From the NCBI GenBank assembly GCA_001179505.1, contig CDMY01000382.1, forward strand, positions 27,524 to 91,523: 64,000 bases of DNA, written 5' to 3'. The stretch comes from Vitrella brassicaformis CCMP3155. Taxonomy: Eukaryota; Protista; Chromerida. Below, in pieces: positions 61,233 to 64,000 of the stretch (its first letter is position 1; each line of letters opens with the position of its first letter). The translations under genes were made by a program, and so were the position numbers. Below the pieces are notes generated by a model. The model was not told where the DNA came from and did not search any database. It was given only the letters and a program-made list of their open reading frames with translations.

Positions 61233-63585
61233 CTATGTGGGTGTGTGCACGGGCGCGCGTGTCAGACGCATCACCGAATCCTCGTGATCACACCTGACTT
61301 TCGCCTGCTCTGCCGCAGCGTGGAATTCATGAACAAGATCCCACGCCCAATCTGACGGCTTCACGCGAACTGACTCGACACGGGGAAACGCAGCCAGCGC
61401 CTTGGCAGCCTCGGCACACAGCGCATCACAGAAGCCTCTCTTGCCCTCCGTGTCATTGAAAGGAAATGGGCCGTCATGCGACAACTCGACGACAATACAG
61501 CGCACTCGCCTCGCTACGGCTAGCTTTCCTTCCTCCCCTGTCTGATAGAGAGTGCAAGACAACTCACGTAACCTGTTCGAGCTGTATCTCGGCGCCCTCA
61601 GGTCAAAGTGGGTCGTCAGTGTGAGCCCCTCCAGCTCTGTAGATATGTACTGGGCTGCTCTGGGGATGAGGAATATGCTCAGGCGAATAACATGAATCCC
61701 CATGGGCAAAACATATCCCTCATCGCTAGGTCCCTGGCCGAAAGTGGCCAACACAGTGAAGGCCTTCAGGCCGTGCAGCTGGCTGATGACGCTGCCTGCC
61801 CCCCCACTCAACGCACTCTCCCCATCCACACACACACACAGTCGCTGCGATGGGGAGCGTCGCGCCTCACATGCATATCTAGAAGGGTCAAAACTGGTCA
61901 ACAGTTTGATCGTGCGGGTGCTACTAGCCATCAGCTGGAGTGTGGGCTGTGTGCCCCACAGGTCCGCTGCACTGCCACTGAGAGGCACCACCAGACGGCT
62001 GAGCACACTCTCGCCCTTCTCGACTGTCGAATAGTGGGTGTAGTAGACCTCTCTGGCCCCGTCAGCCACACACGTGCTCCGAAACTCGTGCAGTGTCTGC
62101 AAGAAGAGAACAGCGATGCTGATCACGTCAGGGGGTGTGCGCCTCACTTCCTTACTTTGATGTATGCCGTGTTCTGGGCGGCATTTTGATAGCGTGGCAG
62201 CTGCGCGTGGATCTTCTGGAGGCGCTTGTTGCCGAAGGTGGTGCGAACCTCCTCGGCCATGTCAGCCGTGCCCTTGAAGCACACATGGCCCGTGACCGAG
62301 GTGATGGTGCCGCCGGTCGCGCCACGGCGGTCTCGCGTGATGTCTTCGAAACTCCACGTCCCACCACGTGTCTGACATACACACCACACCACACCACACC
62401 ACACCACCACCCCAACAATGAATGTCGTTCTCTCTGCCACGCCACCCGCCCACACACACACCCACCCACCAGCATGATGTGCAGTGGCTGCAGGTCTCCT
62501 GCGCGATGCAGCCACGACCCCATGGCTGGGCTGTGTCCGGTGGTCAGCTCCCGCAGCGCAGGCAGCCGATACCGCCGGTCACGAGCGACCCCATACCACT
62601 GCCCCCTGACCTCCGCCCGCCGCAGCCCCGGGAACGTGACGGGGCTGGCAGGGGGGGATGTTCTCTTCTTCGCCTTCGTCGCGAAGAAGCCGTCGTCGTC
62701 GCTGTAGCCGTCGTCGCTGTAGCCCTCGTCGTAGTCCTGCAGGGTTATGCGCTCGGTGAGGTCGATGCCTAGGTCTACGGTCTCGACCGTGGGGGCCGTC
62801 ATCTCGAGCAGCTCGATGAAGCCCAGGGCCTCGTCGGGATCCTCGAGTATCGACACCACCTTGACCGCCGTCAGAAGGCCTGCAGGCCGAACACACACAC
62901 ACACACACACACAGAGAGATGCAGATTGGTTTGTTCTCGCCCATTCCCTCATCTGTGCGCGTGGGTGCGTGCGTACCCCTCCACTGCTGTCGGTCAGCCT
63001 CGTCCCAGCTAAGCAGCCCGTTCCCCCACCTCAAGTCACCAAAGGGGTCGTAGCTGACGATCGGGTGCATCTCGGGCATCTTGCACATCCGCCAGAACGG
63101 CACCGAGATGAATCGCAGAGTGGCGATGCTGTCGGGGAACCCCAGGAACCCCCCCGATGCCGATGCGATCACCACTGCTCTGCATCACACGCGGCCCTCA
63201 CAGCCGCCAACCCCTGGGCCTGCACACCATGACACAACACATCATGCCACCACAGACCATAAACGAAGGAAGGCGTGTCGGCGCGACGCACACACCTGCG
63301 CCTTCAGCTGTTCTACTCTCTGGAGCTGCATCCAGAGCGACTCCGCCACCTCATCTAAGATACCCGTCACGTCATACTCCTACACAAACCAACCGACACA
63401 GCCCACACAAGTGCATTTGATGGACACCCGCCCGTCCAGATAGACGTGTTGGCCGTGTGCCTGCCTGCCTGGTGATCTAGCTGGCCATCCCCCGCTGCAG
63501 CAGGCTCCTCCGCCAACGCCATATCCTCATGGTCGTCATCATCTGCGCCGCCACACACCTCATCGTCATGCTCATCGCGGTCCAT
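61233..63585 (-). CDS. Lineage-specific expanded-family protein (F-box-like segment plus LRR-like repeats), possibly frameshifted
   Basis: Exons MDRDEHDD...|EYDVTGILDEVAESLW..., GGFLGFPDSIATLRFISVPFWR, VTFPGLRRAEV...RYRLPALRELT, ...LAAFPRVESV. Phases around 63150-63220 could not be reconciled without a frameshift. Confidence 0.5.
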
Positions 63586-63628
63586 CCTCGTCAGTGTCCC
63601 GCTTATTGACGCCTTGGCGCCCGACTTC

Positions 63629-63772
63629 TGACGCAATGGACGCCCGGCGCCGTCACATCGTCACGCAGCCGTGACCGTCATCTGCTACTCATCTGGCGGG
63701 ATATGCTGGGAGCGGCCTGCGTTCCACATGTAAGCTCGCTGGTCGCCCGATCCCAGGATAGGAGAGTTTTTT
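63629..63772 (-). promoter_or_regulatory. Diverged inverted copy of the MEKHLA upstream region and first codons, placed upstream of the 63585 gene
   Basis: Minus strand reads aaaaactctcctatcctgggatcgg...gcgagctta...gcatatcccgccagatgagtagcaga...tgacggtcacggctgcgtgacgatGTGacggcgccgggcgtccattgcgtca, homologous to 13338-13523 where the codon is ATG. Confidence 0.8.
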
Positions 63773-63791
63773 CTGACGACCCCCATCATAT

Positions 63792-64000
63792 AAGCTCTGC
63801 CGGATGGCATTCACACGCACACACCCCTGCACACACACAAGCCATCCATTCATACGAACACCATGTATCTGAATGAAGGCATTCCTCTCTCTCTTGCCTT
63901 CTGAAGGCACTCTTGCAGCAGCGCCAGCCTCTCGTGAAAGCGGGTGTCATCGGCAGACTTGAATGACGGGCAGCCGACAAAGTGCTGCAATGAGGCAGCT
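63792..64000 (-). pseudogene. Truncated inverted paralogue of the MEKHLA gene (exon-intron-exon fragment; 5' part beyond the window)
   Basis: Reverse complement matches 14010-14210 except for a few substitutions (ECLQK vs ECLEK) and an 8-nt intron insertion; identity stops at AIRQS, before the conserved TGRLF...GQAVAF half of the domain. Confidence 0.85.

Noticed and set aside
1-64000. Search for tRNA, rRNA, snRNA genes and transposase or reverse-transcriptase ORFs
   Set aside because: No cloverleaf, rRNA-like conserved stretch, or DDE/RT/Tyr-recombinase motif was recognised by eye; a tRNAscan-SE/Infernal/RepeatMasker run would be needed to exclude them formally.

Overview
Eukaryotic, GC-rich, intron-dense genomic DNA with (TG)n-rich introns and two 300-N scaffold gaps. 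Gene content and style (plastid- and thylakoid-targeted proteins, alveolate-type eIF4E, flagellar cyclophilin, lineage-expanded families) point to a chromerid alveolate such as Vitrella brassicaformis (inference). About 22 spliced protein-coding genes were reconstructed by eye, almost all in head-to-head pairs: SET methyltransferase, CLC transporter, carbonic-anhydrase-related protein, a duplicated Cys-rich secreted modular protein, MEKHLA, DGAT2, XPG/RAD2, twin-Cx9C protein, SAP-Era GTPase, R2R3-MYB, EF-hand protein, RAD23, a large degenerate MORC-like protein, eIF4E, TLDc protein, PPIL6-like cyclophilin, hypothetical proteins, a TerD-like protein, a thylakoid-targeted protein, WDR54-like, a lineage-specific family gene and a truncated inverted MEKHLA copy. 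The most interesting items are a MORC-like GHKL pseudo-ATPase with AT-hook motifs, a phase-1 exon-shuffled Cys-rich secreted precursor with R-x-L-Q motifs, and apparent capture of the MEKHLA promoter by an unrelated gene 50 kb away. No RNA genes, CRISPR arrays or recognisable transposons were found. Exon boundaries are manual and were not checked against transcript data.
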